A stretch of 64,000 nt of DNA from a candidate division Kazan bacterium GW2011_GWA1_50_15 (GTDB lineage: Bacteria; Patescibacteriota; Kazan-3B-28), in NCBI GenBank assembly GCA_001029795.1, contig CP011216.1, forward strand, positions 499,580-563,579, given 5' to 3'. Within the stretch, counting starts at the first letter, position 1; every line of letters starts with the position of its first letter. The notes under the pieces were generated by a model. The model saw nothing but the letters and a program-made list of their open reading frames with translations, was not told the DNA's origin and did no database searches. The position numbers and the translations under genes were made by a program. Shown here piece by piece: positions 40,519 to 49,288 of the stretch.

Positions 40519-41643
40519 GTGCGTGTTGTCGCCCTCCGGCTTAATCACTTTCGGAACCTAAGTGGGCTTGACCTGTCCAGTTTGGGGCGGGCGAATGTTT
40601 TGGTGGGCAAGAATGCGCAAGGGAAGACCAATATTCTGGAGGCCATCTTTATCGCTGCCTCGGGCGAGTCGTTCCGGATGACGCAGGATAGATATTTAGT
40701 CCAAAAAGGTGAGGTGGACGCACAGGTGTTTATGGAGACGGTGACGGATGATGAGCGCGAGAAGTTCGTCCAGTTGTTTTGGGTGGTGGACGGCGAGACG
40801 GTGTCGAAATCTGTGAAACTCAATGCGCTGGTGGTGCCGCGGGCCGACTTGGTTAAAACTATCCCGGTGGTTATTTTTTCGCCGGAAGACATCGACTTGG
40901 TGCGGTTGAGCCCCAGTCATCGGCGGAAGTTTTTGAATCTGGCTATTGCTCGGCATGACGCCGAGTATCGTCAGGACCTGATGGAGTATACCCGCATCTG
41001 GCGCCAACGCAACCAACTACTCCTGCTCATCAAACAGGGGCGGGAGGCGGAGGAGGAGCTGGATGTGTGGGACAACCAGCTAGCCGAAGCCGGCGCTCGG
41101 ATAGTTCGCAAGCGGGCGGACTTTGTCTCGGATATCGCCAGGGAAGTGGGGGAGCACTATAAAACATTTGTCCCTAACGGCAATGGGGCCGAACTGCGCT
41201 TGAAGTATCAGCCCAGCATCGGCCTGCCGAACAAAAACGAATATTTAGAGTACCTGCGCCGGGTGCGGCGGTTAGACATCGCGCGGGTGACCACTACGCA
41301 TGGTATCCACCGAGACGATCTGATGTTTATTTTGAACGACAGTGATGTCCGTTATACCGCCTCGCGCGGGGAGTTCCGCAGCGCGGTGCTGGCGCTGAAG
41401 CTGGCCGAGGGGAAATATCTGCATGACAAACTCGGCGATCGGCCGGTATTTTTGCTGGATGACGCCTTTTCTGAATTAGATGACGATCGCAAGGTGGCGT
41501 TGGCGGAGGAGATCAAACGCTACCAAGTATTTGTCACCACCAACGATGCCAACATCGCCACCCTGTTCGAGCGGCCAAGGACTTATGAGGTGATAAAAGG
41601 CGCCGTAGTTGGGTCGGTGGAGGAGACGGTTAAAGGGGACTAA
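40519..41643 (+). CDS. recF: DNA replication/repair protein RecF
   Basis: Walker A GKNAQGKTN and SMC-like signature. Position after dnaN. Confidence 0.93.
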   Translation: MRVVALRLNHFRNLSGLDLSSLGRANVLVGKNAQGKTNILEAIFIAASGESFRMTQDRYLVQKGEVDAQVFMETVTDDEREKFVQLFWVVDGETVSKSVKLNALVVPRADLVKTIPVVIFSPEDIDLVRLSPSHRRKFLNLAIARHDAEYRQDLMEYTRIWRQRNQLLLLIKQGREAEEELDVWDNQLAEAGARIVRKRADFVSDIAREVGEHYKTFVPNGNGAELRLKYQPSIGLPNKNEYLEYLRRVRRLDIARVTTTHGIHRDDLMFILNDSDVRYTASRGEFRSAVLALKLAEGKYLHDKLGDRPVFLLDDAFSELDDDRKVALAEEIKRYQVFVTTNDANIATLFERPRTYEVIKGAVVGSVEETVKGD

Positions 41644-42617
41644 ATCTGGCAAACCGGACAGTAACGAGCAGAGCGGCCGCCGAGTTTGATGCGCTTGACC
41701 GTACCCTTACAGCCGAATTTACACGGCTCGCCCTCGCGCTCGTAGACGGCGAGGTGGTTTTGCATCTTTCCGGTCGCGCCCTCGGGCGTGCGGTGGTGGG
41801 AGATGCTGGTACCGGAGTATTTGATACCGAGCTTCAGCACTTTTAGGATGGCGGAGCGGAGCTTGCTGGCATCGGTCTTACTGATATCTTTGCCTTTGCG
41901 GGTTGGTTTGATGTGGGCGTAGAACAGGGCTTCGTCGGAATAAATGTTGCCGACGCCCGAAACCATTTTTTGGTCTAAGATGATGGATTTGATGTTGCTC
42001 TTGGGCCGGCGCTGGCAGATGTCCCAGAGATATTTGGCGGTGAAGGACTTATCGAACGGCTCTGGGCCAAGACCGGCAAAGAATTTGTCTGCAAAAATAT
42101 CTTTGGTGGGGGTGAGCTTGACCCAGCCGAACTTACGCTGGTCGTTAAAATAGAGCGTGCCATGAGTCAGTTCAAAAATCACGCGGGTGTGCGAACTGGG
42201 CATGCTCTCAAGAAAATTGGCGTCAGGATGACCGAGGTTGAGGCGTCCCTTCTCCGGTTTGTCATCCTGAACTCGTTTCAGGATCTTGCTTCTGGATGCC
42301 GAAACAAGTTCGGCATGGCGAGAGTGGGGGATGTAAATCAGCTGCCCCGTCATTTTCAGGTGAATCAAAATCGAATATCCTTTATCAAGGTCAATGATAA
42401 TACCCTTGCCACGACGAGAGGTTGTTTTGATGGTTCGCCCTAGGATTTCTTTGGGCACAGGGAAGACGGTTTTGCCGCCTACTTTCTTGGGCCTGGTGAT
42501 TTTTGGATTCCACAAAAAACTTCTAGCCGACAGAATTTCGACACTCTTAATTTTCTGCCCGACGATGTATCGGGAGAGTTCTCTTACTACCGTCTCTACT
42601 TCGGGTAACTCTGGCAT
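41640..42617 (-). CDS. mutM: Formamidopyrimidine-DNA glycosylase (Fpg/MutM), with an internal insertion of about 35 aa
   Basis: N-terminal MPELPEVE, H2TH and C-terminal zinc finger CPVCQ. Converges on and overlaps recF by 4 nt. Confidence 0.9.
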   Translation of the reverse strand: MPELPEVETVVRELSRYIVGQKIKSVEILSARSFLWNPKITRPKKVGGKTVFPVPKEILGRTIKTTSRRGKGIIIDLDKGYSILIHLKMTGQLIYIPHSRHAELVSASRSKILKRVQDDKPEKGRLNLGHPDANFLESMPSSHTRVIFELTHGTLYFNDQRKFGWVKLTPTKDIFADKFFAGLGPEPFDKSFTAKYLWDICQRRPKSNIKSIILDQKMVSGVGNIYSDEALFYAHIKPTRKGKDISKTDASKLRSAILKVLKLGIKYSGTSISHHRTPEGATGKMQNHLAVYEREGEPCKFGCKGTVKRIKLGGRSARYCPVCQI

Positions 42618-42695
42618 AGTGTGGCCCCCTTGGTTATTATTCCGATCCGCTAGTGGGCGGACGTCCGGGGATTCTTCCCTCCAGCTTCGGGGAGT

Positions 42696-43172
42696 TCAGG
42701 CATTTTCTTTCTTATTAAAGTCGTACCGCAGGAGGATGGTGGGCTGGCGCTGACCGTCGAAGGTCCACTCGTGCTGTTGAGGAGAGCGAAGCTTATCGTT
42801 GTTGCTGATGGCTTGGCCATCGCCGATATAAAAGCCGGTGTGTTTGTGGGGGCCGTCGGTGTATTGGACTTCGTCCCAGACGACGACATCGCCGGCTTCG
42901 GGGCTGTTTAAGTCGGCCTCGGACCAGCCAACCTCCCTCATATGCTTAACGGTATTATCTACGGTGGCGTGGCCCTCGCCTATCAGGCCGTACATCGCCA
43001 AGATGCCGGAGACGAAGGCGGCGCAGGAGAGGTCACCGTTTTTCAGCGCGTCGAACTCCTTGCCGTCCTGCTCGACATAGAGGTTGCGGAAGAGGGGAAC
43101 GCCAATAGCATTTCTTATAGTTTGGAGAAGAGACTTCTTGAGCAGGAGGCGGGGTTTGGGTTGGTCGGTCAT
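42696..43172 (-). CDS. NlpC/P60-CHAP-like papain-fold hydrolase (putative)
   Basis: Cys (DLSCAAF) then His (HTGFYIGDG) in the canonical order. Confidence 0.5.
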   Translation of the reverse strand: MTDQPKPRLLLKKSLLQTIRNAIGVPLFRNLYVEQDGKEFDALKNGDLSCAAFVSGILAMYGLIGEGHATVDNTVKHMREVGWSEADLNSPEAGDVVVWDEVQYTDGPHKHTGFYIGDGQAISNNDKLRSPQQHEWTFDGQRQPTILLRYDFNKKENA

Positions 43173-45346
43173 ACTTTTTTAGTGCCGCCCCAGTTGATAC
43201 CCGCCTCGACTTTGGCTTCGATGGGGGCGGCGAGTTTGGTGGCGGACTCCATTTGGGTCTTCACTAGTTTAGCGACTTTTTTGACATCCTTGGTCGGCAC
43301 TTCCAGCACTACTTCGTCGTGGACCTGCAGGAGCAGCTTGCTGTCTTTGCTGATTTTGGGGAGTTCTTTGGCGATATTCACCATCGCGATTTTCATAATA
43401 TCGGCGGCGGTGCCTTGGATGGGCATGTTGATAGCGGCGCGGATGGAAGCGTTGCGGACAGCTAAGATGCGGGACTTCACTTCGGGGAGGTGACGGCGGC
43501 GGCCGAACAAGGTCTCGACATAGCCGGTGGTGATGACGAAAGCGGTGACGCTATCCATATATTCTTTGATCTTGGGGTAGAGCTCGAAATACTTGGCGAT
43601 ATACCGGCGGGCTTGGAAGACGGACATATCCGTGCGGGCGGCCAGGCCGAAAGCGGAGACACCGTAGATGATGCCGAAGTTGATGACTTTGGCGTTGCGG
43701 CGCATGGCCGGGGTAACATCTTTGGGTTTGACGCCATTCACCTCGGCGGCGGTCATGGTGTGGATGTCTTTGCCCTTCTTGAAGATGCCCAGCATCGTTT
43801 TGTCATGGGCCAACGATGCAACCACCCGCAGCTCGATTTGGGAGTAGTCGGCGGAAATTAACCGAAAGCCCTTGGGGGCGATGAAGGCCTTGCGGATTTC
43901 CGCACCTAAGTCACTTCGAATGGGGATGTTTTGGAGGTTGGGGTCTTTGGAAGACAGTCGGCCGGTGGAGGTATCTTGGGCGTAGGTGGTGTGGACACGG
44001 TCCTGCTTATCTACTAGTTTAGGCAAAGTTTCGAGGTAGGTGTTGCGCAGTTTCTCCAACTGACGGTACTCCAAAATGTGTTTGATGACGGGATGCTCGC
44101 TGTAGATCTTTTCCAGTTCCGAGACGGCGGTGGAGTATCCCGATTTCCCCTTGGTTAGGCCTTGGGCGGGGAGTTTTAATGTCTTAAACAAGAACTCGGC
44201 CAGTTGTTGGGGCGAGGAGATGTTGAACTCCTTTTTGCTGTATTTAAAGATGTTGGAGCGAAGGCGCTTGAGGCGGGCGGAGATCTGCTCATTGAGGGCG
44301 TGAAGACGCTTCAAGTCCACCATAATGCCGGCGCGCTCCATCTTGCGCAAGACCGGCTCGACCTTGGCATCGAGCTTTTGGATGAAGTCCTTTTGCCCAG
44401 CGCCCTTTACTTCGCGGGGCTGGGCCGACTTAAAAAATGATGCTTGGTGTCCGCCCACTGGCGGAGTGGTCAGCGTGCCTTTGGGGACTTTGTCTATCAA
44501 CGAACGGAAGTCGAGCTCGTAGAACAAGTCGCGAACTTTGTTGGCGTCAAACTCCACGGCTTCGGCTTTTTTGAGATCCAGCTTGATGGGGACATCGGCG
44601 CGGATGGTGGCGAGACCTTTGCTCTGCAGGGCCTGCTGTTTATGCTCGCGCAGGAGGTCGCCGGTGCGGCCGGTGATTTTGTCGATGTGTTTATAAATGC
44701 CCTCCATCGAGCCGTATTCGATGAGCAGTTTGCGGGCGCTGACTTCGCCGATGCCGGGCACGCCGGGGATGTTGTCCGAGGGGTCGCCGCGCAGACCCTT
44801 GAAGTCCACCCATTGGGAGGGTTTCAGACCCTTGGTCTTTAAGACCTCGGCGGGGTCATAGACGACAATGTCGGCAAAACCCTTGCGGGGGGCATAGACA
44901 AAAGTGTCGTTGTCCACTAATTGCAGGGCGTCCATATCGCCGGTGGCGATGTAGGTTTCGATGCTAGAGGGGGTCTGTTTGGAGAGGGTGCCAATGATGT
45001 CGTCCGCCTCAAAGCCGTCTTTCAAGAACATCGGGATGTTGAAGGTCTCGACCAATTTTTGGATGGCAGGGATTTGGTCGTAGAGTTCCTGTGGGGCCTT
45101 GATGCGGGTGGCCTTATATTCTTTATATTCCTCGTGGCGGAAGGTCGGGGCCTGGGTATCGAAAGCCACAGCAATGTAATCCGGCTTCAGCTTGGTGAAG
45201 ATATTTAGAAGCATCGAAGCGAAGCCGTAGATGGCCCCGCTGGGTTTGCCCTGGGGGGTGGTCAAGTTGGCCTGGGCGAAGGCGTGAAAGGCCCGGTGGA
45301 CGAGGGCATTGCCATCGATGAGAACGAGTTTTTTCTTGGCTGTCAT
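43169..45346 (-). CDS. polA: DNA polymerase I (5' nuclease + polymerase domains; short form)
   Basis: 5'-3' exonuclease N-terminus (KLVLIDGNALVHRAFHA) and Pol A motifs. Start at MTAKKK (ATG 45346) rather than the track's 45412. Confidence 0.93.
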   Translation of the reverse strand: MTAKKKLVLIDGNALVHRAFHAFAQANLTTPQGKPSGAIYGFASMLLNIFTKLKPDYIAVAFDTQAPTFRHEEYKEYKATRIKAPQELYDQIPAIQKLVETFNIPMFLKDGFEADDIIGTLSKQTPSSIETYIATGDMDALQLVDNDTFVYAPRKGFADIVVYDPAEVLKTKGLKPSQWVDFKGLRGDPSDNIPGVPGIGEVSARKLLIEYGSMEGIYKHIDKITGRTGDLLREHKQQALQSKGLATIRADVPIKLDLKKAEAVEFDANKVRDLFYELDFRSLIDKVPKGTLTTPPVGGHQASFFKSAQPREVKGAGQKDFIQKLDAKVEPVLRKMERAGIMVDLKRLHALNEQISARLKRLRSNIFKYSKKEFNISSPQQLAEFLFKTLKLPAQGLTKGKSGYSTAVSELEKIYSEHPVIKHILEYRQLEKLRNTYLETLPKLVDKQDRVHTTYAQDTSTGRLSSKDPNLQNIPIRSDLGAEIRKAFIAPKGFRLISADYSQIELRVVASLAHDKTMLGIFKKGKDIHTMTAAEVNGVKPKDVTPAMRRNAKVINFGIIYGVSAFGLAARTDMSVFQARRYIAKYFELYPKIKEYMDSVTAFVITTGYVETLFGRRRHLPEVKSRILAVRNASIRAAINMPIQGTAADIMKIAMVNIAKELPKISKDSKLLLQVHDEVVLEVPTKDVKKVAKLVKTQMESATKLAAPIEAKVEAGINWGGTKKV

Positions 45347-45359
45347 ATGTTTATTATAC
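45347..45359 (-). promoter_or_regulatory. TATAAT -10 element (plus 45353-45358) 6 nt upstream of the polA ATG, implying a leaderless mRNA; -35 is poor
   Basis: Minus strand reads ...gggggg TATAAT aaacat ATG. Confidence 0.4.
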
Positions 45360-45377
45360 CCCCCGCCTGGGGGTAGA

Positions 45378-45575
45378 CGGCGAGCGCTAAACGGCGCTCG
45401 ATCCGTTGCCACTTTGTCTTGCCAAAGTGGCGCAAAGCGTGGCCCTGGCGGCTCCGGCTCTATTCATTGGCTAAATCGCTGGGCGCTCCCGCCGAACTCG
45501 GTCGCCACGGCGACCTCAGACATGCGGCTCCGCCCCAAACGATTTAGCTCAATTCAGGACGAGCCTACGCCGATG
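45378..45575. repeat. Copy 1 of a roughly 200-nt structured intergenic element (paralog at 52510-52727)
   Basis: Conserved hairpins gagcgc-NAAACG-gcgctc and gccacttt-GTCTTGCC-aaagtggc. Strong primary similarity across the first about 90 nt and patchy similarity across the remainder. Confidence 0.6.
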
Positions 45576-45639
45576 GGCCAAGTTGGGAGAGATGCAGTTT
45601 GCTCGATGGGTCCCAATAAGACCAAAGCGGCTATCCGTC

Positions 45640-45805
45640 GAAGGGCCGGTAAAGAAAGGGAGAGGGAGGGCAAGAAAAAGGCCTCCGGAGGGGAGGCCTT
45701 TTGTTCTGTGGGGTGGAGAGGGGAGCAGAGCCACTAGCCCTTCAGGGTCGGCTTTTGCCGATGGCTCGATGAGGGGAGAACACACCCTCGTTCGCCCCTC
45801 ATAGC
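45640..45805. repeat. Copy B of the repeated element homologous to 10718-10930, immediately 3' of the SIMPL gene; contains an intact terminator hairpin
   Basis: Shared ggtggagagGggagcagAgccactagcccttc and gaggggagaacacaccctcgttcgcccctcat segments. Confidence 0.55.
45674..45705. terminator. Bidirectional rho-independent terminator (aggcctcc-ggagg-ggaggcct) inside repeat copy B
   Basis: 8-bp GC-rich stem flanked by GAAAAA and TTTTGTT. Confidence 0.7.
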
Positions 45806-46656
45806 TAACTCACGGCATAAGTCAATGTGACATTGACCGTGGTCTGCAAGCTGCCGGGTTGGACGCTAGGGGCGATATCACCGCCGCCCTTGCCGCCCAG
45901 ACCGTAGTACTGGTCGGGACTTTGGGAGTACTCGGTGATGCTGACTAACCGTCCCAAACTGACACCGGCATCCGAGGCCATCTGCTTGGCTTTCTCCTTG
46001 GCTTTTTTGATGGCGTCACTGCGGGCATCGGCTAGGGTCTTGTCCATATCCTCGACGGTGAACGAAACATCATTGATCTCGTTAACTCCGGCATTGGTAA
46101 TGGCGACTAAAATGTCGTCAACTTGGTTTAAGCCGCGAACGGTCAGGGTGAGGGTGTGCCGGCCCGTGTATGAGAGCGTGCGTGGCGAAACCCCGGAGCG
46201 AAAGTCCTGGTTCGGGTAGAGGGTAAAGTCAGTGGTCTGGAAATCCTTGTCTTTGATGTTGAACGGGTCAAGGGCTGTTTTGACATTCGTGATGGCAGAG
46301 TTGAGTTGGTCCTCGACCACTGCGACTGTGGCGGCGGTCTTACTTACGCCAAAAGTTAATTTGGCCACATCGGGAGTGATGTAAGCGGTGCTGTCAGCGT
46401 TGGCTACGATGCCCTCGGGCTGGTTAGTAGCAGAGCCGCTGTTGCGCAGTTGATTTAAGCCGACAAAAGCGATCATCACCACAGCTACGATGGCGACCAA
46501 ACCGAATAGTGCGCCGCTGCCTTTGTTGGGGCGGAGTTGCTGTGGGGCGAAGTTAGACATTGGCGGCGGAGGCGGGGGAGTTGGCCGCGGCGGCACGAAC
46601 GAGGTTGGCGGCTGATTGCTGTCGATGGGATTTAGATTGGCGTCGAATTCTACCAT
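45805..46656 (-). CDS. SIMPL domain-containing protein (DUF541/BP26-like), Pro-rich N-terminus and one TM helix
   Basis: C-terminal SIMPL-like region. N-terminal PPPPPP followed by a TM helix. Confidence 0.7.
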   Translation of the reverse strand: MVEFDANLNPIDSNQPPTSFVPPRPTPPPPPPMSNFAPQQLRPNKGSGALFGLVAIVAVVMIAFVGLNQLRNSGSATNQPEGIVANADSTAYITPDVAKLTFGVSKTAATVAVVEDQLNSAITNVKTALDPFNIKDKDFQTTDFTLYPNQDFRSGVSPRTLSYTGRHTLTLTVRGLNQVDDILVAITNAGVNEINDVSFTVEDMDKTLADARSDAIKKAKEKAKQMASDAGVSLGRLVSITEYSQSPDQYYGLGGKGGGDIAPSVQPGSLQTTVNVTLTYAVS

Positions 46657-46688
46657 AGGGCTCCTTTCTGGGGATAGTTATATAAACA

Positions 46689-46718
46689 ATTACAAGTTAA
46701 AAGTTACAAATTACAAAT
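46689..46718. repeat. Heptanucleotide-type tandem repeat (attacaa-gttaaaa-gttacaa-attacaa) in an AT-rich promoter region
   Basis: Direct reading. A related (aaattac)x3 occurs inside tsaD at 49862-49882. Confidence 0.6.
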
Positions 46719-46782
46719 CGGGTCGGTTTTTAATTTTTAATTTGTACTTTTTAATTCGTCTGGCCGAGAATGGTCTGACGGT

Positions 46783-48105
46783 TTATTGTAGCAAAGATTT
46801 GATGAAGGCGCGTTCGTCGTAGGGCACCATCCCTTGTTTGGTAGCCATTTTGGTCTGGGCGCCGAGGGCCAAAAACAGGACGGTGTCGCCGGGTTGGGCT
46901 AATCCCAGGGCGTAGCGGACTGCCTCTTTGCGGGAAACAACGATGTGGAGGTTGTCACCCTTATGGAACTTATCTGCGATGCCGGGCCGGATCTGGTTGA
47001 TGATATTGGTCGGGTCTTCACTGCCCGGGTCCTCTTCGGTCAGGATGATAATGTCGGCGAAATCGCTGGCGATTTTCCCCAAAGTTGGGCGCTTGGTCTT
47101 ATCCCGGTCGCCAGTGGCGCCGAAGACGGCGATTAAGCGTTTGGGCGAGAAGGTGCGCACGGCTGAAAAAACTTTCTCGAAACCATCAGGGGTATGAGCA
47201 TAGTCGCAGATGACGGTGAAGGGTTGACCGACATCGATCCGCTCCATCCGGCCGGGAACATTGGTGATCGATTCCAGACCTTGTTTAATAACGTGGAGCG
47301 GGATGCCAAGAGCAAAGGCGGCACTGGCGGCTGCTAGCGCATTTTGGACATTAAAGACACCGGGGAGGTGTAGGCGAACGGTCGTTGCCCCGGCGGGCGT
47401 GCGCATTTCGAACGAACTGCCGGTCGGATCGAGTTGTAGGGTGGTGGCAGTTAGAGAACTTTCGCGCGTTTCAGCCGGCAATTCTTTTTCAACGGTGTAG
47501 TAGAAGGTATTGTCGGTTGGGTATTGAGCAAAGTAGGTCGAGACGGGGTCATCGAAGTTCAGCACCATCACTTTGGGAACGCCGGGCTGGCGAGGGGAGG
47601 CGTAGAGTTCGCGGAAGAGTTTAGCTTTGGCGTCGCGGTACTCTTCAAAACTGCGGTGATAGTCAAAGTGGTCTTGGGTCAGATTGGTGAAGACAGCGAC
47701 ATCGTAAAAGATGCCCCAAGTGCGATGTTGGGCCAGCGCATGTGAGGAGGTTTCAATGACGGCATACTTGCATTTGGCGTCCGCCATGCGACGGAGTAAT
47801 CCCTGCAGAGCAAAGGGGCTTTGGGTGGTCATTTTGCTTTCATTCACCCAGCGCTTGTCGCCAATCCAAAAGTTGACGGTGGTAGCCAGGCCGACTTTGG
47901 CCCCACTGACGGCCAAGATGTGGGCTAGCAGGTTGCAAGTGGTGGTTTTGCCGTTAGTGCCGGTAACACCAATGACAGTCATCTGTTGGGACGGGAAGCC
48001 CTTGAGAGTCGAAGCCAAAATACCTCGACTTTTGTGGTAGACATTATAGAGAAAGGTATCAGGGGCGAAGGCCCGACCAAGAATTTTTTTGAGTAGTTTC
48101 TTCAT
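46783..48105 (-). CDS. murE: Mur ligase: UDP-MurNAc-L-Ala-D-Glu--diamino acid ligase MurE-like. The DNPR motif is replaced (EEDPGSEDP), which suggests a non-mDAP substrate, likely L-Lys
   Basis: GVTGTNGKTTT P-loop and Mur ligase middle/C-terminal domains. Aligns to the E. coli DNPRTEEP region without Arg. Confidence 0.75.
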   Translation of the reverse strand: MKKLLKKILGRAFAPDTFLYNVYHKSRGILASTLKGFPSQQMTVIGVTGTNGKTTTCNLLAHILAVSGAKVGLATTVNFWIGDKRWVNESKMTTQSPFALQGLLRRMADAKCKYAVIETSSHALAQHRTWGIFYDVAVFTNLTQDHFDYHRSFEEYRDAKAKLFRELYASPRQPGVPKVMVLNFDDPVSTYFAQYPTDNTFYYTVEKELPAETRESSLTATTLQLDPTGSSFEMRTPAGATTVRLHLPGVFNVQNALAAASAAFALGIPLHVIKQGLESITNVPGRMERIDVGQPFTVICDYAHTPDGFEKVFSAVRTFSPKRLIAVFGATGDRDKTKRPTLGKIASDFADIIILTEEDPGSEDPTNIINQIRPGIADKFHKGDNLHIVVSRKEAVRYALGLAQPGDTVLFLALGAQTKMATKQGMVPYDERAFIKSLLQ

Positions 48106-48116
48106 ATGTAATTTCC

Positions 48117-48168
48117 CGTCATTCTGAACTTGTTTCAGAATCTGGATCCTGAAATGAATTCAGGATGA
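48117..48168. repeat. Two tandem perfect hairpins (attctgaa-cttgt-ttcagaat; atcctgaa-atga-attcaggat) enclosed by gtcat/atgac, between femX-like and murE
   Basis: Direct reading. No T-run follows on either strand. Confidence 0.65.
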
Positions 48169-48177
48169 CAAACGGGG

Positions 48178-49227
48178 TTAATGCCAGCGGCTGATGATGC
48201 TATATAACCGGTAGAGCGAGGGGTTCAATGGCAACTCGAGCGTACCTATATATTCTACCGCTTGTCCACCAAAGCCTTGTTTGAATCGAGTGATGCCGGC
48301 CCATGAGTGATTGGGGTTGGGGTGAATTCCACCAAGGTCATAAAACCGCATCCCCCGACGCTTGGCCATGATCATCCCGAACCAATGCAGCAAGTAGGGG
48401 GCCATTAGATTTTTATAAGTGTCACTGGAGGCCCCATGGACATAAGTGGTGGTGTCGCCGAAGGTTACCAGAAAGATACCGCCAAGCTGTACGTCGTTAA
48501 CAGTTTTCTCGTCGACATCAAAAAGCTTTTCGGCAAATAGGAGATCTCCCATCCCGGCTTGATGGAGGGTGTGGATCTGGGTGGTGTAGTAGTTCGCCGA
48601 GTGGGGAGTAAAGCCCTGGCGTTGCCCGGTTTGGGTGGCTAGCCGGGCGAATTCTTTAATGTCTCCTTCGCCGGTATCGGATCTAATTAAAACTTCGTGC
48701 TTAGTCGCTACGCTGATGTTGTAGCGAGTTTTGGGCTTCATCTGTTGGCGCAAGACCTCGTCGCTGGTGTCTAAGTTCACCAGCTGAATGTGGCGGGGCT
48801 GGATATCTTTATTTGGGTTGAGAATAAATTTGTGGGAGCGGTAAAAAGATAGGGTTAGCGCGTCGTGGGCAAAGGCGTTGGGGTCGATACGGAAGAGGAG
48901 AGTTTTGGTGCTGGCGCCGATGCGCGCGATTTCTTGCACTAGCAATCTAGCGCTGTCTTGTTGGAGTTGAGCGGAGAGGCGTTTATTGACGATACTACCG
49001 CGAGGGGAGTAGAGGATACCCCAACCGAAGCCGAGAGCTAGTCGCAAGACGAGAAGTTGGTTAATGATCTCGCCATCGTGTTCGACGGCTAGCCGCCAGA
49101 TCGGGTTGCCAAGCTTTTGTTGGAACTCGCCCCAAGCCCAACTCTGCAAAAAATGCCGATCGGGTCGGGCAAGTAAAGCGGCGTCCCATATCTCCTGGGT
49201 GAGGGCTGCTGGGGGGAGGAGGTTCAT
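48178..49227 (-). CDS. FemAB family peptidoglycan interpeptide-bridge aminoacyltransferase (FemX-like)
   Basis: FLQSWAWGEF N-terminal and YDLGGI...FKQGFGG C-terminal FemAB motifs. Confidence 0.8.
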   Translation of the reverse strand: MNLLPPAALTQEIWDAALLARPDRHFLQSWAWGEFQQKLGNPIWRLAVEHDGEIINQLLVLRLALGFGWGILYSPRGSIVNKRLSAQLQQDSARLLVQEIARIGASTKTLLFRIDPNAFAHDALTLSFYRSHKFILNPNKDIQPRHIQLVNLDTSDEVLRQQMKPKTRYNISVATKHEVLIRSDTGEGDIKEFARLATQTGQRQGFTPHSANYYTTQIHTLHQAGMGDLLFAEKLFDVDEKTVNDVQLGGIFLVTFGDTTTYVHGASSDTYKNLMAPYLLHWFGMIMAKRRGMRFYDLGGIHPNPNHSWAGITRFKQGFGGQAVEYIGTLELPLNPSLYRLYSIISRWH

Positions 49228-49288
49228 ACCCGTATTATAGCAGAAAAGTGGCTTCTGGACTGTTCTTTCTATGCTATAATTTGCTCAC

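Noticed and set aside
45378-45575. Repeat copies 1 and 2 as a hammerhead ribozyme or group II intron domain V
   Set aside because: The GAAA tetraloop is not conserved (TAAA in copy 1). No CUGAUGA core and no domain-V bulge geometry.
45583-45804. 73-aa plus-strand ORF over repeat copy B
   Set aside because: It overlaps the terminator hairpin and the repeated element. The Arg/Gly-rich product has no support. More likely noncoding.
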